From: Girardia tigrina
Taxonomy: Eukaryota
DNA length: 64,000 bases
Reading direction: 5' to 3'
NCBI GenBank assembly: GCA_001938485.1
Contig: MQRK01207995.1
Coordinates: 18,793-82,792, forward strand
Part shown: positions 24,625 through 38,080 of the stretch, piece by piece
Layout: each line of letters starts with the position of its first letter
Position numbering within the stretch: the first letter of the stretch is position 1
Made by a program: the position numbers and the translations under genes
The notes under the pieces: generated by a model
Seen by the model: only the letters and a program-made list of their open reading frames with translations
Told to the model about the DNA's origin: nothing
The model's database searches: none

Positions 24625-26176
24625 TGTCAATTGTAAGAATTATTATTCTTTCTTGCCAAAAATTATGTTTATGGAGATAAACAAAATTCTTCTAGAAATA
24701 CTGTTTGAAATCAAGAGAAATTCGAAAAAAATTCAATGAAAATTTACTTTATTTATTTATGGAATATTTAAAACTAGGATCAAATAAAAATGAAAATTAT
24801 CATATTTAAACAAGCGATTATAAAAATTATATTTAAATATTAAATTACATTTATATAATGCTTTTCGTGAATGACAATCGATAAAATAAATCTTGGAATT
24901 TTTTTTCAAATTTATGCTGATTTTTTTTGCATTTTACTTTATATTAACTTCAAAGTTCCACTTTGAAATTAATAAAAAATAATCTATTCAAATTTTTAGC
25001 TTCCTTTAAAATGATTTATTTTTAAAATATGTTTTTATTGATTTATAACCACAATTAAAATGTTAAAAAATATTTTTATTTCAGTAAGAAAATAACTATA
25101 TTTATAAAAATTTTTTTTTAGTTTTTTAGGTGATATTAATATTTTTACAATTATTATTTTAGAGAAACTATTTGCATAACAAATTCCAGATAATAACAGC
25201 TCATTTTCTTGTTTGTAAAGAATTAGTTTAAATAAATTTATCTTTCTGTCGAAGTGTGATATCAAAGTGAATCTAACATACATTGCATTGTATTTTACTA
25301 ATAAGTTGAGGTTCTATGAATTCATTATGTTCTTCAAATATATTTTCACTGATACTTCTTGTTAAAAACATTTTTAACGAAAGTAATAAATATTTTGAGA
25401 CAAATTAAATCATTTGGTGATAAAAGATATTTCTCTTGTTTGTTGTTTCTAAACTACAAAAAGTTGTACCTATATAACCATACATAGTATTAGAATTTCA
25501 AGTTATAAACTGAAATATTTTAATCAAAATGTCTTAAGTAAAATTTATAAACGGATGTCATTTTATAAAGAGTGAAAATTGATACTTTTGGCAGATGAAG
25601 AAATAAGGCTAAATAGTTGAGATAAAAGATTTACTTTGAAGTTAAAGCGGTTCTTTTTAAAATGATTTCACTGAGCAATTTAGAAATTTCTTTAATGAAT
25701 CATTTATGCCAGATATTGAAATTTATTTTTCGAAAGTAAAAAGTGTAGCAGAAATTTGTTTATTGAATCTCAAGATTGGAACACAGTAGGAAAATTGAAA
25801 TTGTCTATTTTGAGAGGAAGCGTCTTTACTTTTCTATTCAAGGTTTTGTAAAAGCTCTTGAAATTGAGCTGCTAATTTTTCTTTGTAATGTTTAGTGAGA
25901 TATCGCCACTGTTTTATGTTTAAATAAATCAACGATAATTATGTAATCGTTTTCCTCGTATGAGTTAACTCTTCAACAATTTTGAGTTGTTATCTTATTT
26001 CGAAGATCTCATTCCTTTTTTTGTCAAGTAAAACTGCGAAGCATTTGAAAAATTTACTTAAAAATCTTTAAAATATTCACGTTGGATATAGATGTGATAA
26101 TTATTAAAACTAGAGAAAACAGTTTAAAACTTAAATTATAAGAAAAACAAAATTATATTTTGTTAAAACAAGCAAT

Positions 26177-29100
26177 TTAACGTTTCGTGGAATATTTGAG
26201 ACAGTTGTCTGAATATCCATGCAGAGACAGATAGCCTGCCTTGATCTCCGATGGCATACACTTGATCCTTGAGTATTCTTTGATGTCGGCATACCGCAAC
26301 TTCGAGTCCGGGTCACGATATGCAGTGGGAATCCCACTCAAATCGGATAATTCGAGTCGAGGACGAACACTAACCGGAGAATCTAGCTCGTCATATAACA
26401 CGGCAGTCTCGGGCCATTTCATCTGATAATCAGTCAAAAAGTCAACTACAGTTCCATTTGTTCACATATCTAAAAAGATCTATTTTCAATTTTTTTCATT
26501 ATTATTATTTTAAAAATAATTTGTCATTATATATTTAGTTCCAGTGTCAACATATCCCAAGAAAAAACGTAAAGTAATTATCTATTAATCCATCAGTATC
26601 CACATCATTTTTATTTTTTTTATATTTTCAAAGAAAATAATATTTTTTTTAAATTATTAAAGTATTTAGACATTTTTTTTTATCTTTATACCTTTATGTG
26701 ATATTGGACTTCGATTTTCATATAGAACTTAATCGACAGACGCTGTATGTCATTACAATTATAAGACTTCGAAATACTTCAATAATGCGTCCACCAATAT
26801 TTTTTTAACATCCTTTCTTTACCATTATTATTGAAAGATTTATCCTTATTTTTCAGAAAAATATTTTTCTGTACAAATAATGATATGGTAGGTAATACTT
26901 GCAATGTTTGAGTAAGTTCTATGTGAATTGTAATTCCAGACTTTGCGTAAAACAGACGGATAAAATAGTCAATATAATGGTGTTTTCAATATTAATAAAT
27001 TTTCTCCAAAAACTTACAAATTTTAAATTTAAGCAATTATGATAAGTAAGAACCTTTGGAAATTTTTTCTTCAGTTAATTTACTAACTAAATAATTAAAC
27101 TTAAAAGACAAAAGAACCTTAATTTATCGAATTTCCCAGTGATATAAATAAATATTTAAAAAATATAAATTTAATAATGACAAATTATTTCTTAATATAA
27201 TAAAGAAAAAAATTGGAAGAATTCCTTTCAGATTTCTTATGTGATAAAAAACCATTTTAACCCTAATAAAATTAAAAACAGGTTCGATGTTAGTCAAAAA
27301 TAGTTCGTAAACCTAACCAACAAATTCAATGAGCTACGCGGCCGCGCAATTTATTGTTAAGTAATTTTTAGAATTTATACTAGTAGTAATGATATTGTTG
27401 CGATTATGTTTTAAGAAAATCAATGCTCTTACTTGATATTTTTTTATCATGAAATAATTAATTTAAAGGATTTAAAAATCTTAATTGTTTTTGAAGTTGG
27501 AATCATATCATTAGCCGTATTTAACGTATTGTATACGTATGGACCATACGGTATGGTTTATCATTTTTTATAATTTAACATTTATTAGTCTATGTATATG
27601 CATGCATACATACACATACACTCTTCAATTTAATTGTTCATGTGGCCTATTAAATATAAGTCATTTGAATCAATATATTTTTTTCAGAAAATTTTGCGGA
27701 TATTAAGAACACCAATTTGAGTTTCCATATTTTTATTTATTCAACAATTTTGATTGTCCTTAAAACAATCTTTGTCAAAGCTTTCGTACAATTGCATTCT
27801 AAACTAAATTGATTAATGAATTAATTCTTATTATTTTATTAGCAAATGGAGAAATAAATATTTTATTAAAATATTTACTCAAAACTTATTGGATAACAAT
27901 TAAAATGATTATTAATTATTTTAAAAATATTAATTCGATTTATTTATTAAAAATTGTAAAAACTAATTAACTCGTTTAAAATTAAAAATAAATTTAAACA
28001 TTACATATTTTTAGATAATAAGAATTCAAATATTAATCATCCATCTGGGTAGGAGAGACACAATTCCAAATCAACATACACATTCAAAATATACCTCAAG
28101 GCCTAATTATCCGAGCACCGAGAACAAAACAGAGGAAAAGTTGACTCTAATCTTTATTTCTAACCAAAGTGGTATACATATACATATTTTTTGAAAAATA
28201 TAATTTGATTAAAGCTTTTTATATAATTATTGGACATGTTTCGATGCTTACATACATCATCATCAGCAATTTTCAGATTTAGTATTTAAATATTTGAGTA
28301 GTACAATATCTTAAAAGATATATTAAGTTTAAACAAAATAATTTTTAAATATATTATTATTTATCAAAGTATTATTGGGTAATAATGGCAAAAATACTTT
28401 AATTAAAATTTTTAAGTATTGAAATAACCTTACTTTGCCCATTCTGAATGTTAATTGATGGGTTGTAGTGTCTTATTAGTAGAGATTCACAAAACTGTCG
28501 TTCGTAATGTAAATCAAAACCCTTTTGTAGAACAGAAAACTCATCTTTTGAAATGGATGAGGTTCTATCCTTACAACATAACCAATGATCAAGAACCTTA
28601 CTCGATCGACTCATTTGCGAGTGCTTGCTAATCCGGGTTTTGAGATGGCTATTTGTCTCTCCGATGTACGAGTTTTGACACCCGTGACAATAAAATTTAT
28701 ATACCAGATTAGCTTGCAAGGATTAGATTTCTGTCACATGCAAAGTTAAAAGTTTCCTCTCAAATAAATCGAAAACAGTTTGGGGTTTAATCATAAACAA
28801 CGAAATATGTCAGACTATATAGGAGTAGAAAAAATCCAACTAAACATCATCACATACTTACAAGACACATTAAATAATTATTAATAAATAATCACAAATT
28901 AATTCATAAATAATCACAAATTAATAAATAAATATTCAAAAATTAATTAATAAATAATCACAAATTAATTAATAAAAATTCATAAATTAATTATTAAATT
29001 TTAATAAATTAATTCATAAATAATCACAAATTAATTAATTAATAATCACAAATTAATTCATAAATAATCACAAATTAATTCATAAATAATCACAAATTAA

Positions 29101-30752
29101 TTCATAAATAATCACAAATTAATTCATAAATAATCACAAATTAATTAATAAATAATCACAAATTAATTCATAAATAATCACAAATTAATTCATAAATAAT
29201 CACAAATTAATTCATAAATAATCACAAATTAATAAATAAATATTCACAAATTAATTAATTAATAATCACAAATTAATTCTTAAATATTCACAAATTAATT
29301 AATAAATAATTACAAATTAATTAATAAATAATCGTAAATTATTTCATAAATAATCACAAATAAATAAATATTCACAAATTAATTATTAAATATTCATAAA
29401 TTAATTAATAAATAATCACAAATTAATTCATAAATAATCACAAATTAATTCATAAATAATCACAAATAAATAAATATTCATAAATTAATTATTAAATTTT
29501 CATTAATTACATAATAATAGCAAAATAATTATAAATTAATACAAAATATTCATAAATTAATTTTAAAAAATCTTACATTGATAAACAAAATCCAAACGAC
29601 ATGAAAATCATTAAGTCATGTGGATGATGCCATATGTAAATGCATATGTGACACTTATAATCGGGAATTGGCGTATTTAATATCACATATTGCATTGCAT
29701 ATATTTATCTTTCAGAATGACCCTAGGATCCATTGCCACTGGTTATATTACTTTTTTCCACATTTTCTATCTAGAAATCTAACCGAATACCTTTGTGGCA
29801 TTTATAATCGGGAAAGGGTGCATTATAATGTAAAGTCAGTCAATTTTGATTGTAAAGATTTGCTAATTTGTTTGTATTTATAACATTGTAATATAGATGC
29901 ACTATTTAAATGTAAAATTGCTCTATTAAAATGATATTTAAAATTGAGTCGGCTTTACTTTGTCCATTTTGAATGTTAATGGATGATAGTGCCTGATCAT
30001 ATTGACATTAATTAACACCCAAAATGGACAGAGTAAAGCCGACTCAATTTTTAAATATCTTTAATTAATTTAAAACTTAAAATGTTGACGGATAAAATCT
30101 CTTTCAAATAGAATGAATTTAAATTATGTTACCAATTATGGGAAATATTAGATGACAATTAAAAATCACTGAATATGATGCGAAAATACATCGAAACATG
30201 CCCGGAATAACAACAAGTGCTTTAATCAAATTATTCGTCCACAAAATCAAACTAGCATTCGCGAGATTATAAATATATATAAATATACTTGTGTATATAT
30301 TTATAAGTATAAGATCAGCGAAATCGCAGCCCCAATCACGCCCCAGCCGCTCCCATCACTACCTGATTCTCATAGGCCAAGATCTGCTTGAGATTCTTGA
30401 ACACGAGCCTGCGGCCCTTGCCCGCCTCGAATGCAGACGAGTGCTGGAAATTCTTATTCTTGAAGGGAAAACTATGTTCGGCGACCACGCCGCTGTGATC
30501 CTCGCTGGCCTTGGTGTCGTCGTCTGTCGCCTTGGTTCCTGTCGTTTGCTCCATCACTGCCGATGGAAGTGACAATCAATTAATCGATCCATAATTCAAT
30601 CAATCACACGAGCACACACGCGCAAGTCAACCTTTAATGAAGTCCTCGAACGACATTTCCTCGACTTTGCTCAGATCTATATCGTGGATGTTGTCGTCGC
30701 TGTGATGCGACGACGATTTGGCCGCTTTTTTCACTTTCTTTTTAAAGTACAT
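26177..30752 (-). CDS. INO80C: INO80 complex subunit C (IES6, YL1-C domain), 3 exons, 186 aa
   Basis: Exons 30632-30752, 30363-30556, 26177-26422 with matching phases. FPFKNKNFQHS...FKNLKQILAYE and SDLSGIPTAYRDPDSKLRYA...GYLSL match INO80C motifs (PFKDPNFVHS, WKNLKQILASE, SDVSGLLANYTDPQSKLRF). Confidence 0.92.
28190..28740 (-). mobile_element. Penelope-like 3' end: GIY-YIG endonuclease plus pLTR
   Basis: LVYKFYCHGCQNSYIGET...RISKH...ESLLIRHYNPSIN; pLTR similar to 12055-12592. Confidence 0.92.
28226..28273 (-). ncRNA. Minimal type I hammerhead ribozyme
   Basis: attg CTGATGA t gatgt-atgtaa-gcatc GAAA catg TC caat; the stem II change keeps a U-G pair. Confidence 0.85.
28870..29510. repeat. AT-rich minisatellite, 22-nt unit
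   Basis: taaataatcacaaattaattca tandem array. Confidence 0.95.
29933..30290 (+). mobile_element. Penelope-like pLTR with head-to-head inverted duplication and degenerate hammerhead
   Basis: Inverted arms 29933-29980 / 30010-30059 encoding NTQNGQSKADSIFK (compare NIQNGQSKVISILK); CTGAATA..gatg..catc GAAA catg CC at 30169-30202. Confidence 0.75.
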
Positions 30753-33231
30753 TCAAAATATTGAAATTAATTTCATCGATTAAAACGAATGAAGGAAGAT
30801 CGATTGATCGATCAATTGAAGATTTGCAATTCATTTGGATGTGGATTATTTGACAGGCATTAATACAGAAATTTAGATTTATATAATTGTATTTTTGTTT
30901 CAAAAAAATCATCGAATAATTTTTGTTTAGTGAAACTTGGTTTAATAATAATTAGATTGGCTTTACAAATTATAATTGAGATCATTTTTATTAAAATTAG
31001 AATTTCTCTATTTTTACGTTCTGGATTCATTCGCTCAGTTTTGGTCTGTTTGTTTGGTGCAAATCTTTTAATCATAGTTCATCCCACTTTTCAATATCGG
31101 TTAGAACTGAAATTTCGCAAAATTATCTATCCCGACTTATATTTTAATAATTTATCGAAAAAAATTAATTAATGGATTAATTAATAAGAAATATTTAAAC
31201 ACAAAAAGCGGAATAAAATAGACAATCAATCAGAAAATTTAAGTCAAAATCCTAATAAATCGATGTATGATTATTATTCGTGTAGCAAACTCGTCAAATA
31301 TAAGTATGGTTTTTAAAAAGATTTTTTAATATTAATTAATGTGTTACGCACAAGGGTCAATTTTATATTTCCCAAACGTCGTAACAAGGAAATAAAGTCC
31401 TTTAATAAATCAATCAGGAATTTATATCAATTAATTTTATCGAAAAATTCAATAACGTAAGACTGTTTAAATAAAATATTTATTAGAATAATTACAAGTT
31501 CTTTACAATTACAATTGTTAATAAGCAAATATGTTGATATCCTGGTGTGTGATGCGTTGATTTTATGTAACTGGGAAGCACCGTTCTCCAGTTACAAGAG
31601 GTTTAGGAATTGATAAATAAAAATTATTAATTTAATATATTATGAAAAATTATTGNNNNNNNNNNNNNNNNNNNNNNNNNNNNNNNNNNNNNNNNNNNNN
31701 NNNNNNNNNNNNNNNNNNNNNNNNNNNNNNNNNNNNNNNNNNNNNNNNNNNNNNNNNNNNNNNNNNNNNNNNNNNNNNNNNNNNNNNNNNNNNNNNNNNN
31801 NNNNNNNNNNNNNNNNNNNNNNNNNNNNNNNNNNNNNNNNNNNNNNNNNNNNNNNNNNNNNNNNNNNNNNNNNNNNNNNNNNNNNNNNNNNNNNNNNNNN
31901 NNNNNNNNNNNNNNNNNNNNNNNNNNNNNNNNNNNNNNNNNNNNNNNNNNNNNNNNNNNNNNNNNNNNNNNNNNNNNNNNNNNNNNNNNNNNNNNNNNNN
32001 NNNNNNNNNNNNNNNNNNNNNNNNNNNNNNNNNNNNNNNNNNNNNNNNNNNNNNNNNNNNNNNNNNNNNNNNNNNNNNNNNNNNNNNNNNNNNNNNNNNN
32101 NNNNNNNNNNNNNNNNNNNNNNNNNNNNNNNNNNNNNNNNNNNNNNNNNNNNNNNNNNNNNNNNNNNAAAAATTCACTAAATTCAAAAATATAACATTCA
32201 CAAAAATAAAAATAAGCAACCCAAATTCAAATTAAGAATAAATAAAAAGATTCATATTTTCATTACATTACATTACCCCAACAAATGTGTATAAAATTAT
32301 TTAATAAATTAACAAACGAAACAAATTAAGAATAAATAAAAAGATTCATATTTTCATTACATTACATTACCCCAACAAATGTGTATAAAATTATTTAATA
32401 AATTAACAAACGAAACATTAATAAATTATAGCGGACTTATTTTAAATCGTTTTAGGTGATATTTAAAACCATTAACCTGTGAACTGCATAGGTCAATCTC
32501 GTATCAAATTGTTTCCTTTTACATCATTTCAATTTATTCTCTTGTAACAAATTGAATATTTTCAAAATTACTATTGCTTGAAAAAATTCAGCTTGTTTTC
32601 TTTTATTCCCATTTATTTAACAATTTACATCAAGTTACAATTTTTTTTATTATTAGACGCAAATATTGATTTAAAACGTCATCAATGTGTAAAAGCATAA
32701 CCATTTAAATGAGTGAACGAACTAAGTAAAAAACTAGAATATTTTACTTCAAAAAAACGAAATTAGAAATTTCAAAATGGTGTGGTTGGTATATTTGAAA
32801 ACGGATTATATTTGATGAATGGAATATCGCTAACTCAACACTTTGTAGTTGTTTCTGAGCCTCCTCACAAAAGAAGAAACTTCTCTATTTATTTTCACAG
32901 CCCCACTAATGCTACCGTGAAGTGCATCCCAATCCTATGCACCTGTAAGCAGTCTAACTGTTTGCTAGACTCTATGATTTAACAAAGGAGGGTGTTCAAT
33001 TTGACTGAACAGAAGAATCTCCAAAATACTTCAATGAAATGAAAGAGGCACTGTTCAATCCGACCGGAGGGGGAGAGCCGTAACAGACACATTTTACCTT
33101 CGAAATCCAAAGAAAGAGGAAAAAACAGATGAATGGGTAATTGTCAAATAGTAAAATATTCTTGAAGTCTATTGTGCCGACCAATACTATCGAAATAAAG
33201 AAGGGATGTAAAAATAAGAGGTCAAATTGAG

Positions 33232-34070
33232 GGTACCGCGTTTAAACGTCGAAAAAAAAACATCGAAAAAAAACGTCGAAAAAAAACATCGAAAAAAAAC
33301 ATCGAAAAAAATCCTAAAAAAACATTGTATAAAAATATCGAAAAAACCCCCTAAAAACCTCTTAAAAAAACATCGAAAAAATTGAAAAACATTAAAAAAA
33401 AAGACATAAAATAAAAAATGTAAAAATTATATAAAAATTTTTGATGTTATACTTTTATTTAATAATAAATAAATCCGGCCAATTCCAATATATATGTTGT
33501 TGGATCTCTGTTTTCCCTTTCAATTAAAAAATCAACTAGTCTTTCATTAAATATTATGTATTTTTTTTTCTTCATGTTTAACTTTTAACATAAAATTTTT
33601 GAAAGTAGGATTTAAGTTTCCAAATATTGTCCTAAAAGAGTTATGCCAACCTTCTATTGCATTATTAGTTCTGGGCATATCATTAAAAAGCCTTGTTCTA
33701 GCATGCCACAAATTGATTTGATAAATAACTGAATTCCGGATTTCTTCCAACTCGGAACCAACATAATATTCAAAAAATATGAATAAACCTCATTAAGACA
33801 ATCAGGAAATGATTCTTGGTCTTTTAAAAACGAAAAAAACATCTCTGACACAAACCTTGGGAATGAATGCCAATGCAATTAAAGTATGTTTTTATATGTA
33901 TGTTCTTATAATGTCATTTTCACCATATTGTGATTTTAGTCCACAGGTAACAATTTTTTAAAAAATATTCTGCCCGAGATGAAATAGGCACCCCTGGAGT
34001 CAACAATTTTAGAATTTCTATTTCGATGTTTTTTTTCGATGTTTTTTTTTCGACGTTTTAACGTGCTACG
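33232..34070 (-). mobile_element. Internally deleted Mutator (MULE) element
   Basis: 9-bp TSD caaattgag; TIRs with catcgaaaaaa repeats; MPRTNNAIEGWHNSF and GCLFHLGQN-type remnants. Confidence 0.92.
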
Positions 34071-34899
34071 CAAATTGAGTGCTCTTCGAGTCAAAAACAA
34101 AAGATAAGGTCAAAATAATCACTCGAGATAAATTAATATGAATTCTAAAACAATCGATTTCCCAATGCCAAAGATGAAATAGTGTCTGATCAATGATCGA
34201 GGTAAGGGGAAATTAAAGATCGGAAAACAAAATCAGTTGACCAATAGAGCGAAAAATTTTTGTATTGTTTGCTGCTTTTTGTGGATGTTGTTTTTTTTGC
34301 AATTCTGGATCTAAATGAATCCATTTAAATAAAGAAGGTAAAAAATAATAAAAGAAAAAAGATATTGCCAAAATAGTGAACAAAAAATATATGGTTAGTG
34401 GTTTATGAATCACAACGTAATATATTTTCTAAGACCTTTGATTAGTCAATTAAAAATGAGAATCGGACTCTGATTGGTCCATGAAAATCTCAGATTGTTT
34501 GTAAAAAAATTTTAGTGTTTGAAATCAGAATTTTTTGTCGAGGTTTGGTTTTGTTTGGTAGTGGAAAAGGAGTGCAAAAACATAATCGATTGTAATGAAA
34601 TCTGCTGGGATAAAAAAATATGATGATGATTTGATCAGAGGTTTTTGTTTTACAAGTGGAGAATTTTGTAAAAAAACAATAACAAAATATGTATGTTCAA
34701 TTAGAGAATAATAAAACATTAAAAATGAATGATTCTTGTCTAAAATTGATGTCGTATTTCTTCTCAAAAGATGACAAAGATATTAATGGGAAATTGTAGC
34801 GATTCTTTCGAATGAAAGGTTTATCAGTCCGAGGGACGTGTTGTGGCTAGAGTTGCTGGCTCCGAACCGCCCATGTCCAATTAAACGCAACACATACGG

Positions 34900-36020
34900 A
34901 ATGGGGTTTTCAGAACTCAATAACACTCTATTAATTCTCACGCCGCCCAATTGACCTATGACATCCATACCTATTAAGATCTCTAAACCATACGGCAAAT
35001 GTTCCATGACTGAACATTCCACCCTAAGGATCCTACCATTTATAGTCAACCGCACTTCACCCGAACCCACTCTAACACTCTTTCGATTCGCCAAAACCAT
35101 ACATTCTCCGTCACAAAACAACATACAAACACTAACTAACCCTTTTAAAATAACCGTTTTCAAACAACCCGAATCAATCAACGCTATGGCCGACCTGTCA
35201 TTTACGGGGACGATCATCGTCGCCAACGCCTGCAACTGTGAAGAGAGGGAGTCGGCGCCTATAAACTCCCCTGTTCGTTTCCCGATTGACAATATTTTGC
35301 TATATGACCCAGTTTCTGACATTTGTAGCATATTGTATGTCTGTTTGATTGCCACTGAGAACTTTTATGATGCTTCTTTTCCTCAAATTCGGTGTCTCTC
35401 TCACGATAAAAATAGGGTCCTTTGTGAAGATTTGCTCTGGGTTTATCGAGTTTTCCCTGACCTCCCGATCTACCTGTTTCTTTGCTGTTGTTTCCGTGTT
35501 GTATTACTACCATTGAACCCTGAAATAAACCCTTTTTAATCCGAAAATACCTACGGCTATACTCGATCATTTCGGTCAAGGGTTGGTTGTCGGCCCGTTC
35601 CATATCCACCTGCAACTTGAAAGGCAGTCCTGCCATGAAGGCAGCCTTTGTTAGATCGTCGACCTTTGATGCTAGTATCTTCACCTGAGACGCATATTCA
35701 TCGATAGTCTCGCCCTCGTGATACTGTAAGTTTATCAATTGACTGTACGCAGAATGTCTAGTCAGGCCGAACGAATTATTTAGTATCTTGAAGAACCGAT
35801 CGCAGCTGCTTTGAGTCTTCTCGTCCGATTCCATGAAGATGTTCAGTGCAACCCCCGATAGTAAAAAAGGGAGATACGGGGCTGGATCAGTAATCTTCTG
35901 GATTTTCATGACCATTTCAAATTTCTCCTGCCAGATCTCGAAGCTAACGCTTCCATCGAATTTTTCCAAAAACTCTAAAACGATTTTCATATCATTCATT
36001 ATGCCCGGATAGCTTGTAAC
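34900..36020 (-). mobile_element. Gypsy LTR retrotransposon fragment (gag-protease)
   Basis: CYKCQKLGHIAKYC zinc knuckle; ALIDSGC and ILIGMD aspartic protease; truncated before RT. Confidence 0.92.
35238..35283 (-). promoter_or_regulatory. -1 ribosomal frameshift signal (gag-pro)
   Basis: G GGA AAC slippery heptamer (35277-35283) followed by a ggggagt...actccct stem; protease is in the -1 frame. Confidence 0.75.
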
Positions 36021-36769
36021 ACGCGAAAAGTTTATTTTCAACACATTGTTTAATTGATAATATTTAAACAAAATATTTATCAAAAAAGCATATATTAAAT
36101 ATTTTGAATAATTAAATTATCTAATATCCAACAAAAGGAAAGAAAAAGCTCTTTAAAATTATTTTAGTTAATTTGAAATGAAAATTATGTTATTTGTTAA
36201 AAGAGAAAAAAAACTATGAAAAAAGATTTATATTATTTAAAGAATTGGTTATTGTTGCTTGTTTTAATATGTTAATTAAAATTATAAAATTTTGATATCT
36301 AATAAATAAATATATCGATTTTGTCTTAATTAATTATTACAATTATTATATAAAGCAATTGAATTTTACATTGCTATAAATGCGCAATAAAGAGTCGAAA
36401 ATGAATCTTCTTTTGTCAATAATAAAACGTTTTATAAATCTTCGAATTAAGAAAAATCCAATAAAAGATTGGAAAATTTAGATCTCTATCAGAACAATTA
36501 TGAAACAAATTCCAATTCGAAATTTATGACCATGAATAAATTCATTCACAAAATATTTCTTTCGAAAAGCAACATCGGTGACCACTACGAACCGGTGGAT
36601 ACGTTCACGCAGCACGGATCTTTGCGTCAATACTGTATCAAGGGCATCGAAATAATACTTCGGATTATTCGTTATGGATTAAATATGAATACAGGCTCGG
36701 AAGTGTTGAATATATGTATAAAAGAAGTTGAATGACGACGTTTTCAGTTGGGCGTGAACAAGCGTTCGA

Positions 36770-36960
36770 AGAGAAAAATAAAATGGAAGTGATGTTTAAT
36801 GCGTCAAAAAATGATACATATTTGGTGGGATTCGGCAAGAATATTGCGAGTGGCAGTACGGCGGGTGCTATGTCTACCTTTCGTTTACTCACTCGACTAA
36901 GCACGAACTCGCTTGCTAACGACACCAAGAGCAACAAATCATGGGTCAGGATGCTGACAG
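36770..36960 (+). pseudogene. Second ADP/ATP translocase pseudogene fragment
   Basis: KNKMEVMFNASKNDTYLVGFGKNIASGSTAGAMS.FVYSLD.ART.LANDTKS (frameshifted). Confidence 0.85.
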
Positions 36961-38080
36961 TCAACCCCTCCAGCCAAAGTAATTTTAAAGAATTTACACC
37001 AAGCCTAATACAACTGAAAAAATTCCGCTCGACTTGATGTTTGGCTTGAAATCTAGAACCGTTTCTATTTTTTTATTAAATTCAACTTTTATCATTTGAA
37101 TTTTAACGATGGTCACTACAAGGAGGCTCTGATAAATTAAAACATATATGTCATCCTTTTCAGAATAAATAAACAAATAAATAAGTGCTCCACTATAGTT
37201 TACACATAAATAAACGTCTAAATAAAAATGTTCTTCTAATCTTAAATTTTTTAGCAGATTTTTTTCTATCTGTTTGGATTCATCTAGATGTAAATAGATT
37301 TCCTGGGCTATAAATAAGCTTTGATTAATTTGTTTATTAAAATGGTTGATTCAGAATAATTTTTCCATTCTTTTTATTAGCTTACTTTCTATCCATATAT
37401 GTATCCATGAACCTTAGAAACAAGTTTCTCAATCAAGTTTCTTCAAACTTTGCACACTTACTCATTTTCGATGACAAACAATGATTATGTGAAAATTTGA
37501 TCAAGAAAACTTTTTAAGGTCGCAAAATGGAAAAAACGGAAAATTCGGAGTTCCAGAACAATACTAATTGAAAAGTTCTACTTATAAATTATAAGTAGTT
37601 TATATTAACTTTTTATTGTTTTTTAAATTATTTTTTTAATTAAAACTTTGTAGGCAATGTGGAGTTCTGTCTGCATAAAGAATGGATATAAAAATTTTAA
37701 TTTTTTGATTTACTAGTTCTAATATGAATGATTGCTATAAATCTAAATGAGTGATAAATACCACATGTTTGCAGAGTTAGCTGGATAACATCATAAAAAT
37801 TGAATAGCACAGAAAAAAGTTATTCTAAGGTTTGTATATCTGCTTCAAACGATGAGAGAAATTCTAAAATATTAAATATCAAAAGCATTAAAAAAGTTAA
37901 AAAAATGAACAAATAAATAATGAAAAAATATATAATTTTCTAATAAACAGTGCAAATAATGTCACTTTGAAATGTAGAAAATATTAAAAAATATGTCAAA
38001 ATACATCACTCAGTTATCTAAAACTATAAATCTTATTTTTAGTAAAAGAAAAAAGGTAAATAAAATTGTTCAATGTGTGG

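Noticed and set aside
25200-26080. Coding-like composition between INO80C and importin
   Set aside because: Stops in all frames and no recognisable motif.
32230-32416. Exact direct duplication of about 93 bp
   Set aside because: Adjacent to an N gap; likely an assembly overlap.
34958-35539. 193-aa plus-strand ORF
   Set aside because: Antisense shadow of the Gypsy gag-protease region.
36590-36740. FERM-like YFGLF fragment
   Set aside because: Too short and stop-ridden to assign.
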